DNA of 64,000 bases. It comes from a virus. Below the pieces are notes generated by a model, which searched no databases, had not been told where the DNA came from, and saw only the letters and a list, made by a program, of their open reading frames with translations. The position numbers and the translations under genes were made by a program. Within the stretch, counting starts at the first letter, position 1; each line of letters starts with the position of its first letter. The DNA lies in IMG/VR virus record IMGVR_UViG_3300040811_000439, positions 1-64,000 of that record. The stretch is one strand, 5' to 3'. Below, piece by piece: positions 19,480 to 28,082 of this stretch.

Positions 19480-20409
19480 CAGTTCTTCATCAGTCATATA
19501 TGGATCGCAAGGCAACTGTAAAAACTTATGACAGTTTGCCACTGCTCTGTCTAGTGTAGCAATAGGCTCACTATAGGCACGTTTTGTTTCTATTTTACGA
19601 TGTGTTAGATGTGCTTGTAAGTCAGCTCTACGTGATGTTTCAATAACAAACTTACTAACCTGTCCATTTGCATCAGTTACACACTTTACGTATCTGCTTA
19701 ACTGCTGATGATAGTCTCTAGCAATCTCCTGTCTACGCTCTTGCCAGAACGGGAAATGATCTAATTTAACTAGCATCTCAGCACAATCACGCTCGCTCAT
19801 AATACTATTGCCACCAACATGCCCGTCTACTGTATGATGTCTACGTAATAGTTTTACGTCATCAATTACACGTTTGTCGTTGCTTACAACTGCGCCGCCG
19901 TTGCCAAAGTTAGGTAGACTTTTTGTGGGATCGAAACTGTATGCGGCCGTGTCTGCTTGCAGTGGTGCACCAAAGTGTTGAGCACCATCTTCTACTACAG
20001 CAATAGAGTCTGGTATCTCATCATGGTTACCAAACAAGCCCACCCATACTGCACAATCTATACCTTGTGGTATAAGATCCCATCGCATGAGTCCTCGAGT
20101 GTTTACATCGATAGCCACAGGAGAACAACCTGCTCTTATGATACTGTTACTTGTTGCTATGTAAGTTTGTGCAGGCATTGCTACTAAACCTGTGACGTTT
20201 TCTGCTACTAGGGCATACATGAGTGCATCGCTGCCACTGCCTACTACGGCAGCATAACGTGCACCTGCTACTGTAGCAATGCGTTCTTCAAACGCATAGG
20301 TATAATCCCCAAGCATGGCTTGAGGATTAGTAAGTGTTATATTATTGATTCGATCTAAACTAGGTCTTAGTTCATCATACAGTCTGTTCAGATTGTGCAG
20401 ACGTATCAT
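19417..20409 (-). CDS. DegT/DnrJ/EryC1/StrS PLP-dependent sugar aminotransferase
   Basis: GSGSDAL, VEDGAQHFG, SFDPTKSL (PLP Lys), GNGGAV; converges on the + strand cluster. Confidence 0.85.
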   Translation of the reverse strand: MIRLHNLNRLYDELRPSLDRINNITLTNPQAMLGDYTYAFEERIATVAGARYAAVVGSGSDALMYALVAENVTGLVAMPAQTYIATSNSIIRAGCSPVAIDVNTRGLMRWDLIPQGIDCAVWVGLFGNHDEIPDSIAVVEDGAQHFGAPLQADTAAYSFDPTKSLPNFGNGGAVVSNDKRVIDDVKLLRRHHTVDGHVGGNSIMSERDCAEMLVKLDHFPFWQERRQEIARDYHQQLSRYVKCVTDANGQVSKFVIETSRRADLQAHLTHRKIETKRAYSEPIATLDRAVANCHKFLQLPCDPYMTDEELLAVVVAVKEFFEESPLEGLL

Positions 20410-20647
20410 CTTCTTTAACCTCAGGCTCTGGTAGTTTTTGCCTAAATCGTTCTATTATTTCTTCAGTTGCTTGCTCTCTAGTAACTTCACCGCGCTGTAA
20501 CATCCATAGTGCTTCTGTGGGTTTGATACCTCGTTTACGTGCGACGCCTGCAGCAAGACTTACAAGTTCTAATCTTCCAATACCAAGCATTTGTGTGATG
20601 CCGTCAATATCTGGCGGATTGGTTATCACTTTTTTATGTACATGTGC
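20375..20647 (-). CDS. Hypothetical protein
   Basis: Coupled ORF; start uncertain (ATG of MAHVHKK used). Confidence 0.4.
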   Translation of the reverse strand, partial: AHVHKKVITNPPDIDGITQMLGIGRLELVSLAAGVARKRGIKPTEALWMLQRGEVTREQATEEIIERFRQKLPEPEVKEDDTSAQSEQTV

Positions 20648-20906
20648 CATTTTGTTTCCTATGTTCTGCTTGCCAGCGGAATGCCCAAAGAACCATTTCT
20701 TCAGGATCTTCAAATGTCATAACAGCATTACTGTCATGCTCTGTAAAAAACCAACCCCAGCGACTTTTACATTTATTTGCCGCCCACCATATGCTCTCGC
20801 CAATTACACCATTAGATTCTAGGGGTATTTGATGTTCGTATACTTTCCAGTAACCGCAACCTTGTGGGTATGAATGTTTAGGTACCCAGTTGTGAGTTAC
20901 GTCCAT
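20634..20906 (-). CDS. Small Trp-rich hypothetical protein
   Basis: WWAANKCKSRWGWFF...FEDPEE..LWAFRW. Confidence 0.55.
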   Translation of the reverse strand: MDVTHNWVPKHSYPQGCGYWKVYEHQIPLESNGVIGESIWWAANKCKSRWGWFFTEHDSNAVMTFEDPEEMVLWAFRWQAEHRKQNGTCT

Positions 20907-21577
20907 TCAAACATTTCGTCCGCAAGTGGGAACACATCTGCAATTACTCGTGCACACGCATGGGCAATATCCATGTGTTCTTTTTGAGTACCATTAGCAC
21001 CACGTAGTTCAATATAGTGTACCCAACTACGTAGCGTACCGTTCATATACATGCGGCTTACTGTATTACCCTCAGGCAATACAGCCCTGGCTTGTTCTTT
21101 AGCAATACCATTCTCAATAGCCCACGCATATGCCTTTTGAGCAGCTTCAATAACAATGAGCTGTTTATTTTCCCATGTTGCTTGTAGACTAGCATCTTCT
21201 GTATCAATGCTGTTCTGCCTGTTTGTAGTATCCTGCAAACGTGCTTCACGGGTAACGAACTCTAAATCCTTTGTGGGATCAGCATAGCGTTGGCTAAACT
21301 CTTGAAAACTGAAACTCCTGTGACGTAGGATCTGCCTTGCTATATCACGAGTAGTTTCAATCTCCATACAAGCACTGACCATTTCTAGGGGAGACCAGTG
21401 CTTGTGTTTGATGAGATATTTAATGAGCTTTGCGCTAGTTTCCATGTTTAACTGTCCACTAGGGTTGCTGACTCTAGCACAGAACGCAATAAGGTCCTGT
21501 ACATCTGCATCAGCAAGATCGTGAGCAGTTAAAAACTCTGGACTGGCTTGACTAAAACTAACCAGGCTTACCTTCAT
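20897..21577 (-). CDS. thyX: FAD-dependent thymidylate synthase ThyX
   Basis: HWSPLE, RHRSFSFQEFSQRY signature, QKEH. Confidence 0.95.
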   Translation of the reverse strand: MKVSLVSFSQASPEFLTAHDLADADVQDLIAFCARVSNPSGQLNMETSAKLIKYLIKHKHWSPLEMVSACMEIETTRDIARQILRHRSFSFQEFSQRYADPTKDLEFVTREARLQDTTNRQNSIDTEDASLQATWENKQLIVIEAAQKAYAWAIENGIAKEQARAVLPEGNTVSRMYMNGTLRSWVHYIELRGANGTQKEHMDIAHACARVIADVFPLADEMFEWT

Positions 21578-22218
21578 TAGGCAGCAGCCTTCTTCTTAGG
21601 ACGACCGCGCTTCTTAGGAGCAGGTGCTGGAGCAACACTTGGATCGAGTGCAGTTGCTTCTTCAGTAAGACGTGCAACTTCTGCCTGTAGTCCTGCAATC
21701 TGTGACTCCATTTGTGCTGCCTGCTTCATCATGTCTGCGGCAATATCTGAATCAGTTAGTACACCTGCAGGTGCAGTTGCAGCATATGCTGTATCGCTTA
21801 CAGTCTTTGCAGGATCTGCCATACCAGCCTGTGCATCAATCTCTGCCATACGCTTGGCAGCATCAGCACCTGATTCCATTTCGGTAATGATCTTGTTAAT
21901 CTCATCAAGGCGTGCACCTTCCTGATTAGGAACTGGTGTCATAATTACGTCCTGACAACGTACCTTCTTCATCCAACGTTCACGGTGAGCAGCTACTAGT
22001 AGGTTGCGACCATCTGTACCAACTACTCTCTGCATGGCTTCGCCAAGATTACTTGAACTCTGTCCTGCATCACTCTCAATGCACTTCATAAGATCGTTAT
22101 GATATGCTGTTGGTAGCTGACCTGGATAAATTACCAAGCACATGTGTTCCTCATTAGGAACTTCTCTAAAGATTACGGCTACTCTCTGGTCACTGTGTCT
22201 GCCTACGTGTTTAAGCAT
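21577..22218 (-). CDS. Hypothetical protein with coiled coil and C-terminal AT-hook-like KKRGRPKK
   Basis: 213-aa ORF with TAATG coupling to thyX. Confidence 0.65.
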   Translation of the reverse strand: MLKHVGRHSDQRVAVIFREVPNEEHMCLVIYPGQLPTAYHNDLMKCIESDAGQSSSNLGEAMQRVVGTDGRNLLVAAHRERWMKKVRCQDVIMTPVPNQEGARLDEINKIITEMESGADAAKRMAEIDAQAGMADPAKTVSDTAYAATAPAGVLTDSDIAADMMKQAAQMESQIAGLQAEVARLTEEATALDPSVAPAPAPKKRGRPKKKAAA

Positions 22219-22477
22219 CGTCTGCTTCTCCTGTTTCTACTTCTTCCTCGCTTTCGGCTGGTGCTTCGCCTGGTGCTTGACGCAAACCGTTAGCAATTAG
22301 AAAGCCCATTAGCTTGTTATAAAGTGCGCCAACAAGCTGCATTTCATTTGCACGGATGGCACCACGTTGTGCTACTGCTTCTAGAATAGTAGCCATTGTG
22401 TTGAGATCAGCAGCCTGCAGGGCATTTGGATCTTCAACTTGTGTTTCGGTTTCTTCAACCTGTGTTTCGTCTGTCAT
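22211..22477 (-). CDS. Acidic hypothetical protein
   Basis: AGGAG RBS; core ILEAVAQRGAIRANEMQLVGALYNKL. Confidence 0.65.
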   Translation of the reverse strand: MTDETQVEETETQVEDPNALQAADLNTMATILEAVAQRGAIRANEMQLVGALYNKLMGFLIANGLRQAPGEAPAESEEEVETGEADDA

Positions 22478-22532
22478 TATCGATTCTCCTATAGGTATAC
22501 GATACTAAGTATTATTATAAGGTTTTTTGTAG

Positions 22533-22982
22533 ATGAAAACAATATTTTCTTTAATCATTCTTGCATTTATTTCTATTGGACCTGCACATGCACAGTCTAA
22601 AGATGAATTCACGGACGCATATAAGAAAGTTCTACAGTGTCAAGCAGGTTTTAAAATAGTAGCATATTATATAGATATTTATAAAACGCTAAACACCATG
22701 CTAGATAAAAATGAATTGAAGCCAATTAGTGATAGTGTACACAAAAAACTCAAAAGAGATTGGACTACATTAGAGGATCTAATAGGTCCTATGAAAGTGC
22801 TTATGATGCAAAAAGGTATAGATCTTAAACCTTTGGACAATGAATTTTATAACCAGTCTCAAGTTGCCTTAATTATAAGAGGTTTAGATATATCACCCAA
22901 AGAGTACTTAGACAGTCTCCTGGTGTTTGTAAACAACTGTGCAGATATTAAGAACGATATCCAAGATAAAATGGCTCAGTGA
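22533..22982 (+). CDS. Secreted hypothetical protein
   Basis: Signal peptide MKTIFSLIILAFISIGPAHA|Q; isolated + strand gene. Confidence 0.6.
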   Translation: MKTIFSLIILAFISIGPAHAQSKDEFTDAYKKVLQCQAGFKIVAYYIDIYKTLNTMLDKNELKPISDSVHKKLKRDWTTLEDLIGPMKVLMMQKGIDLKPLDNEFYNQSQVALIIRGLDISPKEYLDSLLVFVNNCADIKNDIQDKMAQ

Positions 22983-24271
22983 GTCTTTTTCTCATCGTAA
23001 TATGCATAGTTACCAAAGGCCGGCTTAATATTATCCGGACCGTGTATGATAAACACTGTATCGCAGTAGAACTCGTCGCCCCATGAACCCATTGGGTAAC
23101 CATCAGTAAACATAACAAAACGGTTAGGCTGTATATCCTCTTCCTTCATAAACGTCCAGTTACAGTCAAAGTCTGTACCGCCGCCACCCATGGGCTGGTA
23201 GTCCATGATCTCGTCAATGTTACTAACAGTAAACTCTGCGTAATTGTACACCTTAGTATCAAAGCACCAGAGCTTGATAGTAAAGTCCGTGTACATGTCC
23301 ATGATAGCTTTGATTTCGCTAAAGAAGTCACGTGCCTGTTGGTCACCAATTGAACCACTCATGTCCACGCCAATAGCAATGTCAATAGTCTGTTCAGGGA
23401 TCATACCTGGCAGTAGCACACCGCTATCCCAACCCTTACGTGAAGGACGTTGGAAACTGTAGTCGCTTTTAACACTGCTCTCAATGCTCATAGCAAGCAG
23501 AGCACGCCAATCCATCTTAGGCTCAGTGAGATCCTTAACAATACGAGCAACACCTGCGGGCATATCACCTGCACCGCTAGCCTGCTTGGCACTGTTAATT
23601 AGTGCTTCCTTAATCTCATCTCGAATCTGCTTCTTTTCTTCTTCGCTGTAAGAAGGTTTGCTCTTGCTAACAAGGTTACCGTTCTCGTCCTCTTCGGGCT
23701 TACCACCACTACCTTCGCCGTCGTCTCCCTCAAGATGTTCGTCCAGCAACATGTCAACCAGCTGATCCATGTCGATCTTTTCGGCATTCTCATAGAGGTC
23801 ATCGTAGATTTCCTCCATGCTCATGTCGTAGTACTTTGTATCGTGCAGAGCAGGTACAGTGGTAATCAGCTGACCAATACGACTTTTAACAAGATCACCG
23901 TTTACAGCAAAGTCCGCTGCAATGTTAGCAATCGTAGCATTATGTTTGTTGAGCTTGCTACGACCTAGATGTTCGTAAACATTGTGCAGGACCTCATGCC
24001 CGAAGAGGAACTGTGTCTCCTTCTTCTTAAGCATGCGGATGAACTTGCTGTTATAATAGAAGTAGCGACCGTCTGTAGCCGCTGTGGGGCACCATGCGTC
24101 TGCGTTAACAAGCGGCAAACGTGTGGACATGTTACCAAAGAACGGAGCCTTCATAAGAAGCGCAACACGGGCAGTGGTTAGCTGCTCGCGAGCCTCATAA
24201 TCCTCGTTAGGATCTGTGTCAAATCCTACGGGCAAATCTACATTCTTCTTGTTCGCAGTCGTTTTGGGCAT
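22976..24271 (-). CDS. Metallopeptidase-like + vWA domain protein (DUF2201-like), MoxR partner
   Basis: TAATDG, HEVLH (HExxH), DMSGS MIDAS, GGGGTDF, FTDGY. Confidence 0.85.
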   Translation of the reverse strand: MPKTTANKKNVDLPVGFDTDPNEDYEAREQLTTARVALLMKAPFFGNMSTRLPLVNADAWCPTAATDGRYFYYNSKFIRMLKKKETQFLFGHEVLHNVYEHLGRSKLNKHNATIANIAADFAVNGDLVKSRIGQLITTVPALHDTKYYDMSMEEIYDDLYENAEKIDMDQLVDMLLDEHLEGDDGEGSGGKPEEDENGNLVSKSKPSYSEEEKKQIRDEIKEALINSAKQASGAGDMPAGVARIVKDLTEPKMDWRALLAMSIESSVKSDYSFQRPSRKGWDSGVLLPGMIPEQTIDIAIGVDMSGSIGDQQARDFFSEIKAIMDMYTDFTIKLWCFDTKVYNYAEFTVSNIDEIMDYQPMGGGGTDFDCNWTFMKEEDIQPNRFVMFTDGYPMGSWGDEFYCDTVFIIHGPDNIKPAFGNYAYYDEKKTH

Positions 24272-24295
24272 ATACTTACTCCTTTGCTATATTTA

Positions 24296-24325
24296 ATAAT
24301 AGCATGGATATGCTATGCGTCAACC
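24296..24325 (-). promoter_or_regulatory. Early sigma70-type promoter (TTGACG-N16-TATTAT, extended -10)
   Basis: Upstream of the vWA gene; shares a 15-mer with the MoxR promoter. Confidence 0.65.
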
Positions 24326-24774
24326 TTTTTCGAACCCAGATAATCCTTCTCTGAGTAGGTTTTAGCCATATGACATAGCACACAAAGGGTAGCAATATTC
24401 TCTTCTGTGTCCTGTCCGCCTTGGCTTTTTAGGTGTATATGATCCCCATGCATTACACCTCGCATAGCTCGTATCTTGTGATACTCGTCCTCAATATGAC
24501 CAAAACGTATGTCATCTTCCCTAGGATCATAACCGCAGCCAGTGCATATCCACCCTCTGTAGAAGGTATGCGGGCGTTCTGCTTTACCCATTCCGCCATA
24601 CTCTATACACATAAGCTGATGTGTTCTGCACAGGCTATTGCTACCAGGACCATCGTAAACGCTAAGTTCACCGTCACAGTCTGCTAACATACAGGTAGAG
24701 CCCTTGCGGTGTTGCTCTCGCAACACCGCGTTGGACTTTAGCTTATCCCTGTTAGGATCGCGTAAAGTAGACAT
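24313..24774 (-). CDS. HNH endonuclease-like protein
   Basis: CxxC...HGDHI....GG....N...LCVLCH..KT. Confidence 0.75.
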   Translation of the reverse strand: MSTLRDPNRDKLKSNAVLREQHRKGSTCMLADCDGELSVYDGPGSNSLCRTHQLMCIEYGGMGKAERPHTFYRGWICTGCGYDPREDDIRFGHIEDEYHKIRAMRGVMHGDHIHLKSQGGQDTEENIATLCVLCHMAKTYSEKDYLGSKKVDA

Positions 24775-25931
24775 TACCAAAGGTCCTTTGCACCAACAGT
24801 AAAGCCGTTGTTTGGTACATAACTAGGAGTCTTAAGGTCTGTTGACTTCTTCATCTGTGCGATGAGGAAAGGAATACCTGTGCGCATTTCTGTAGTAAAG
24901 CCTTTGAGACCAAATTCCTTATAACTATCTGGGTTAGCCTTTGCATACCAATTAGTGTAAGCCATACGCACCTTATCCCAGAACATACCATCTTCGCCAA
25001 AGTTAGCCTCGAAGTAAGACTTGGTAAAGGCTACCATCTTGAGCAGATAGTCTTTATCTACTTCGATACCCTGTTCGTAGCAGAGGTTGAAGTACTCGTA
25101 CAACTGCCTAGCTTCCTTAGCACGTACCGGACGCTGTTCGTTAAGATAAGTCCAATACTCTGCAAACATGCGAGTAACTTCTGGATGCTTACGAGTCTTA
25201 AGACTCTTTGACATAAGTGTGTCAGCAAGCAAAGTAAACGCACCTGGTTCGTCCTCATCCCCAAACTTGGAGTGTGTAGCAAACAAACCTGCATCTCGTA
25301 GATAATCGTTCTTGAGTGCAGTATCCACCCATTCTGGATCGTTACTACCATCTACCTTAACAGCATAAACCATCTGCTTGTAGCTGTCAATAAAGTCCAA
25401 ACTCTCCTTAGCGTCGCCATTCAAGAGAATGAAGTTACGCCGAATTTCCAACTTCTGCTTTGAACTTAAAATGTTCACAGGAACCATTACATCGGCAGCA
25501 CGTTCACCAAATACCTTAGTAAGGATAATGTGTAGTGCAATCGCCGTGTGCTGGCCATCCCAGGCAATGTAGTACCCAGGACGAGCATCGTCCCTGTACA
25601 CCTGAATTGCCATCACCATTGTCCCGCTAAAATAGCTGAGAATCTTTAGAATGTGACGCATGTTAAGCTCGCGTTGCATAGTCTCATCGATGAGAATTTT
25701 ATCAAACGGAACGTGAATTGATTCACATATCCCAATGTCGCTAAACTTAGTCCAGCCTCGCTCGGTTGGGGGATTACAGTTACGACGCTTAAACTCGTCT
25801 ACTACTGCTTCTAACTGCCCACGGAAAAATGGGGCTTTACTAATCGCCTTGGCCAGACGTTCACTAAGAGTTACGAAGTTACTTGCTGCAACTTCATAAA
25901 GACTGTTCATTTTCTGAGCGTAATTACTCAT
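24774..25931 (-). CDS. ParB/DGQHR-like domain protein
   Basis: IDETMQR...WDGQHT motif; ATG 25931 has an AGGAG RBS. Confidence 0.6.
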   Translation of the reverse strand: MSNYAQKMNSLYEVAASNFVTLSERLAKAISKAPFFRGQLEAVVDEFKRRNCNPPTERGWTKFSDIGICESIHVPFDKILIDETMQRELNMRHILKILSYFSGTMVMAIQVYRDDARPGYYIAWDGQHTAIALHIILTKVFGERAADVMVPVNILSSKQKLEIRRNFILLNGDAKESLDFIDSYKQMVYAVKVDGSNDPEWVDTALKNDYLRDAGLFATHSKFGDEDEPGAFTLLADTLMSKSLKTRKHPEVTRMFAEYWTYLNEQRPVRAKEARQLYEYFNLCYEQGIEVDKDYLLKMVAFTKSYFEANFGEDGMFWDKVRMAYTNWYAKANPDSYKEFGLKGFTTEMRTGIPFLIAQMKKSTDLKTPSYVPNNGFTVGAKDLW

Positions 25932-26020
25932 TTTACTTCTCCTTTTCATCGGGCACTCCGGCCCATAAGTTAGCGGTCATACTCGACCTTTTTTGTAAAG
26001 CACTTTGCTCTACTGAATCT

Positions 26021-26049
26021 ATAATACGATAGATACTATCCTAAGTCAA
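26021..26049 (-). promoter_or_regulatory. Sigma70-type promoter TTGACT-N17-TATTAT
   Basis: Upstream of the DGQH gene leader. Confidence 0.6.
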
Positions 26050-26311
26050 CCATTTTGACTACAGGAAATTCTGCATATTTTGCACGGCGCATTCCTGACT
26101 CGCTGCGACCGTGACGCATACCTACAGCAAATCCGTTCTCAAGTTCCACCCAATACTGTACATCCTCTTCATCGCCAGGCCATCCGCGGTTGCTACCATG
26201 CTTGTAAACAACCTTTTGGTCACCAAACTCCCTGGCTGGAATATCTCTATCCTGATACTTACGCATCTTCCACCACATTTCAAAATCTTCATTTAGGGTT
26301 AGTTCTGACAT
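26036..26311 (-). CDS. Hypothetical protein
   Basis: 91-aa ORF, WPG...V.YWVELENG.AVG. Confidence 0.55.
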   Translation of the reverse strand: MSELTLNEDFEMWWKMRKYQDRDIPAREFGDQKVVYKHGSNRGWPGDEEDVQYWVELENGFAVGMRHGRSESGMRRAKYAEFPVVKMVDLG

Positions 26312-26459
26312 CTTTTGTATCCTTAGTTACTCTCTCGCCGTACATAGGCGGCTTTGTTAATTCTTTAGAGCACTCTCCTAGTATGCAACGTTTTCTGTCA
26401 ACGTCGCACCCTGGTAGCCAAATTGCTACCAAGGCACTGAGGAGGAGCCGTTTAGTCAT
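26289..26459 (-). CDS. 56-aa putative lipoprotein (MTKRLLLSALVAIWLPGC...), missing from the ORF track
   Basis: Fills the gap between MoxR and 26311; basic N-terminus, hydrophobic core, lipobox-like LPGC. Confidence 0.55.
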   Translation of the reverse strand: MTKRLLLSALVAIWLPGCDVDRKRCILGECSKELTKPPMYGERVTKDTKDVRTNPK

Positions 26460-27567
26460 TTTCTTGGTTAGCCGCTACAACGTACTTGCCAAAGCGATCA
26501 AAGAACTCTTTGAAGTGCGCGAGCTTGTTAGCTTCAAACGGCAGATTATAGTTAGAGATAGCAGTCCGAGCACCCATAACAGTCATCTCTGTAGGGAAGA
26601 AGTCCATCATAAAGCGGAAGAAGTTATCCGCAAGCTCGTGCCACTTCTTGCTATCCTTTTTGCCAAATTTGTCGTAGGCATCCTTGAGCTCGTAGCACAT
26701 ACCAATCGTAAGAGCATACTGTGCTGAGATCTCTTTAATCTTACACTCTTTGACCTTACCAGCGAGAATGTCCTCAGGCTTGGGCATATCCTTAGCAACC
26801 TTGCGGTGTGACATAAACTTAATAGCAATACCTTCGCCAACGCAACCGCTTACCAAGTCAGTAAGCTCATTGTCCGAGATGTCGTCATCGTCGAGGAACT
26901 CGCTAACAAAACTCCAGCTACGAGGTGTAGCAAACGAACGTCCGCTAGAGCGAGGATCAAAGTCGCAAAGGTCACCTTTAGCAAACGAAACGTAACCAAC
27001 AACGTCCTCGTGGATGCGGTTAGTAACAGCCCAGTTCACCCAGCTATCGTAGTCAACACGCACCTCCAAGTGCACAAAACGGTTAGCAAGCGGTGTAGGC
27101 ATGCGGTAGGTAACACCCTTGTCGCTCTCACGGTTACCAGCAGCAACAATCACAACGTTGTCAGGCAGTGCATACTGACCAATGCGACGGTTGAGGATAA
27201 GCTGATAGGCAGCAGCCTGTACACCAGGAGCAGCACTGTTCATCTCGTCCAAGAACAAGATAATAGTGTCATGCTCTTCTGCCTGCGCTTCAGTAGGCAG
27301 ATCACTGGGAGGAAGCCACTGCATCTGACCTGTTTGCACATTAGGCACAGGATAACCACGCAGGTCCGTGGGCTCAAAAAGAGCAACACGCAGATCAATG
27401 AGCAAGGTCTTACCCAAGTACTCTTTGTCTGCGACCTGTTGCATAAGATCGCTCTTGCCAACACCCGGCAGTCCCCAAAGGAAGACCGGACGCTTCTTGC
27501 GGAAAGCACGAACAATACGCTGTTCTGCCTCCTGGATAGTAACAGTTCTTGCATCTACTTCTGACAT
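26452..27567 (-). CDS. MoxR-like AAA+ ATPase
   Basis: Walker A GLPGVGKS, Walker B ILFLDE, AAGN sensor 1, LANRF arginine finger, TPRSW. Confidence 0.9.
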   Translation of the reverse strand: MSEVDARTVTIQEAEQRIVRAFRKKRPVFLWGLPGVGKSDLMQQVADKEYLGKTLLIDLRVALFEPTDLRGYPVPNVQTGQMQWLPPSDLPTEAQAEEHDTIILFLDEMNSAAPGVQAAAYQLILNRRIGQYALPDNVVIVAAGNRESDKGVTYRMPTPLANRFVHLEVRVDYDSWVNWAVTNRIHEDVVGYVSFAKGDLCDFDPRSSGRSFATPRSWSFVSEFLDDDDISDNELTDLVSGCVGEGIAIKFMSHRKVAKDMPKPEDILAGKVKECKIKEISAQYALTIGMCYELKDAYDKFGKKDSKKWHELADNFFRFMMDFFPTEMTVMGARTAISNYNLPFEANKLAHFKEFFDRFGKYVVAANQEND

Positions 27568-27600
27568 ATTCTAAATCTCCTCAGATTCAACTTACATATA

Positions 27601-27633
27601 AACATAACACATCTGTGCTATGCGTCAACCGTT
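27601..27633 (-). promoter_or_regulatory. Early promoter AAACGGTTGACG-N16-TATGTT
   Basis: Upstream of MoxR; identical 15-mer to 24311-24325. Confidence 0.6.
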
Positions 27634-28020
27634 TTAGCGAATGTTTTCGTATGGCTTGTTCCAGCTACCAATGCTCAGGTTGAGGTAGTAAGCCGTATCA
27701 AAGTAGTCAGTCATGCTATCCGAATTATCATACCAACCCTTGTTAGCATGGAAACCTTCGCCATGAATAGGTGCAGTCTTCATGATCTTTAGGATACGCT
27801 TGAAGAAAATCTGGTGCTTACCAACTTGGTCTAGGTGATACTCGTTAACATTACTATGTCCAGTAGCAGTAATATCGCTAAGATCCCTGGGACCTTTCAC
27901 TAGCGTAACATCTAAGCTGTGGCTGCCAGCACCCTTGCGAACGCTGAACTTATACTTGGGATAAACAGTCTTAAGCTCTTTACGGACTGCCTTGACGTCT
28001 TCTGCACTGATATAAGCCAT
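27634..28020 (-). CDS. LPD29-like small early protein
   Basis: RKELK..YP..KFSVR and YDNSDSMTDYFD motifs; GAGGAG RBS before ATG 28020. Confidence 0.55.
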   Translation of the reverse strand: MAYISAEDVKAVRKELKTVYPKYKFSVRKGAGSHSLDVTLVKGPRDLSDITATGHSNVNEYHLDQVGKHQIFFKRILKIMKTAPIHGEGFHANKGWYDNSDSMTDYFDTAYYLNLSIGSWNKPYENIR

Positions 28021-28048
28021 TTCGTTGCTCCTCATTTCCTATATATAC

Positions 28049-28082
28049 ATATTAGCACATATAAGGGGAGCGTCAACCGTTT
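28049..28082 (-). promoter_or_regulatory. Early promoter AAACGGTTGACG-N16-TAATAT
   Basis: Same architecture as the promoters at 24296 and 27601. Confidence 0.6.

Noticed and set aside
24313-24774. HNH gene as part of a self-splicing intron
   Set aside because: The flanking genes are intact and separately promoted; there is no interrupted host gene.
26080-27574. Long antisense/alternate-frame ORFs over MoxR (215, 184, 104 aa) and similar shadow ORFs across the window
   Set aside because: They are explained by codon bias of strongly conserved genes; no RBS, motifs or coupling support them.
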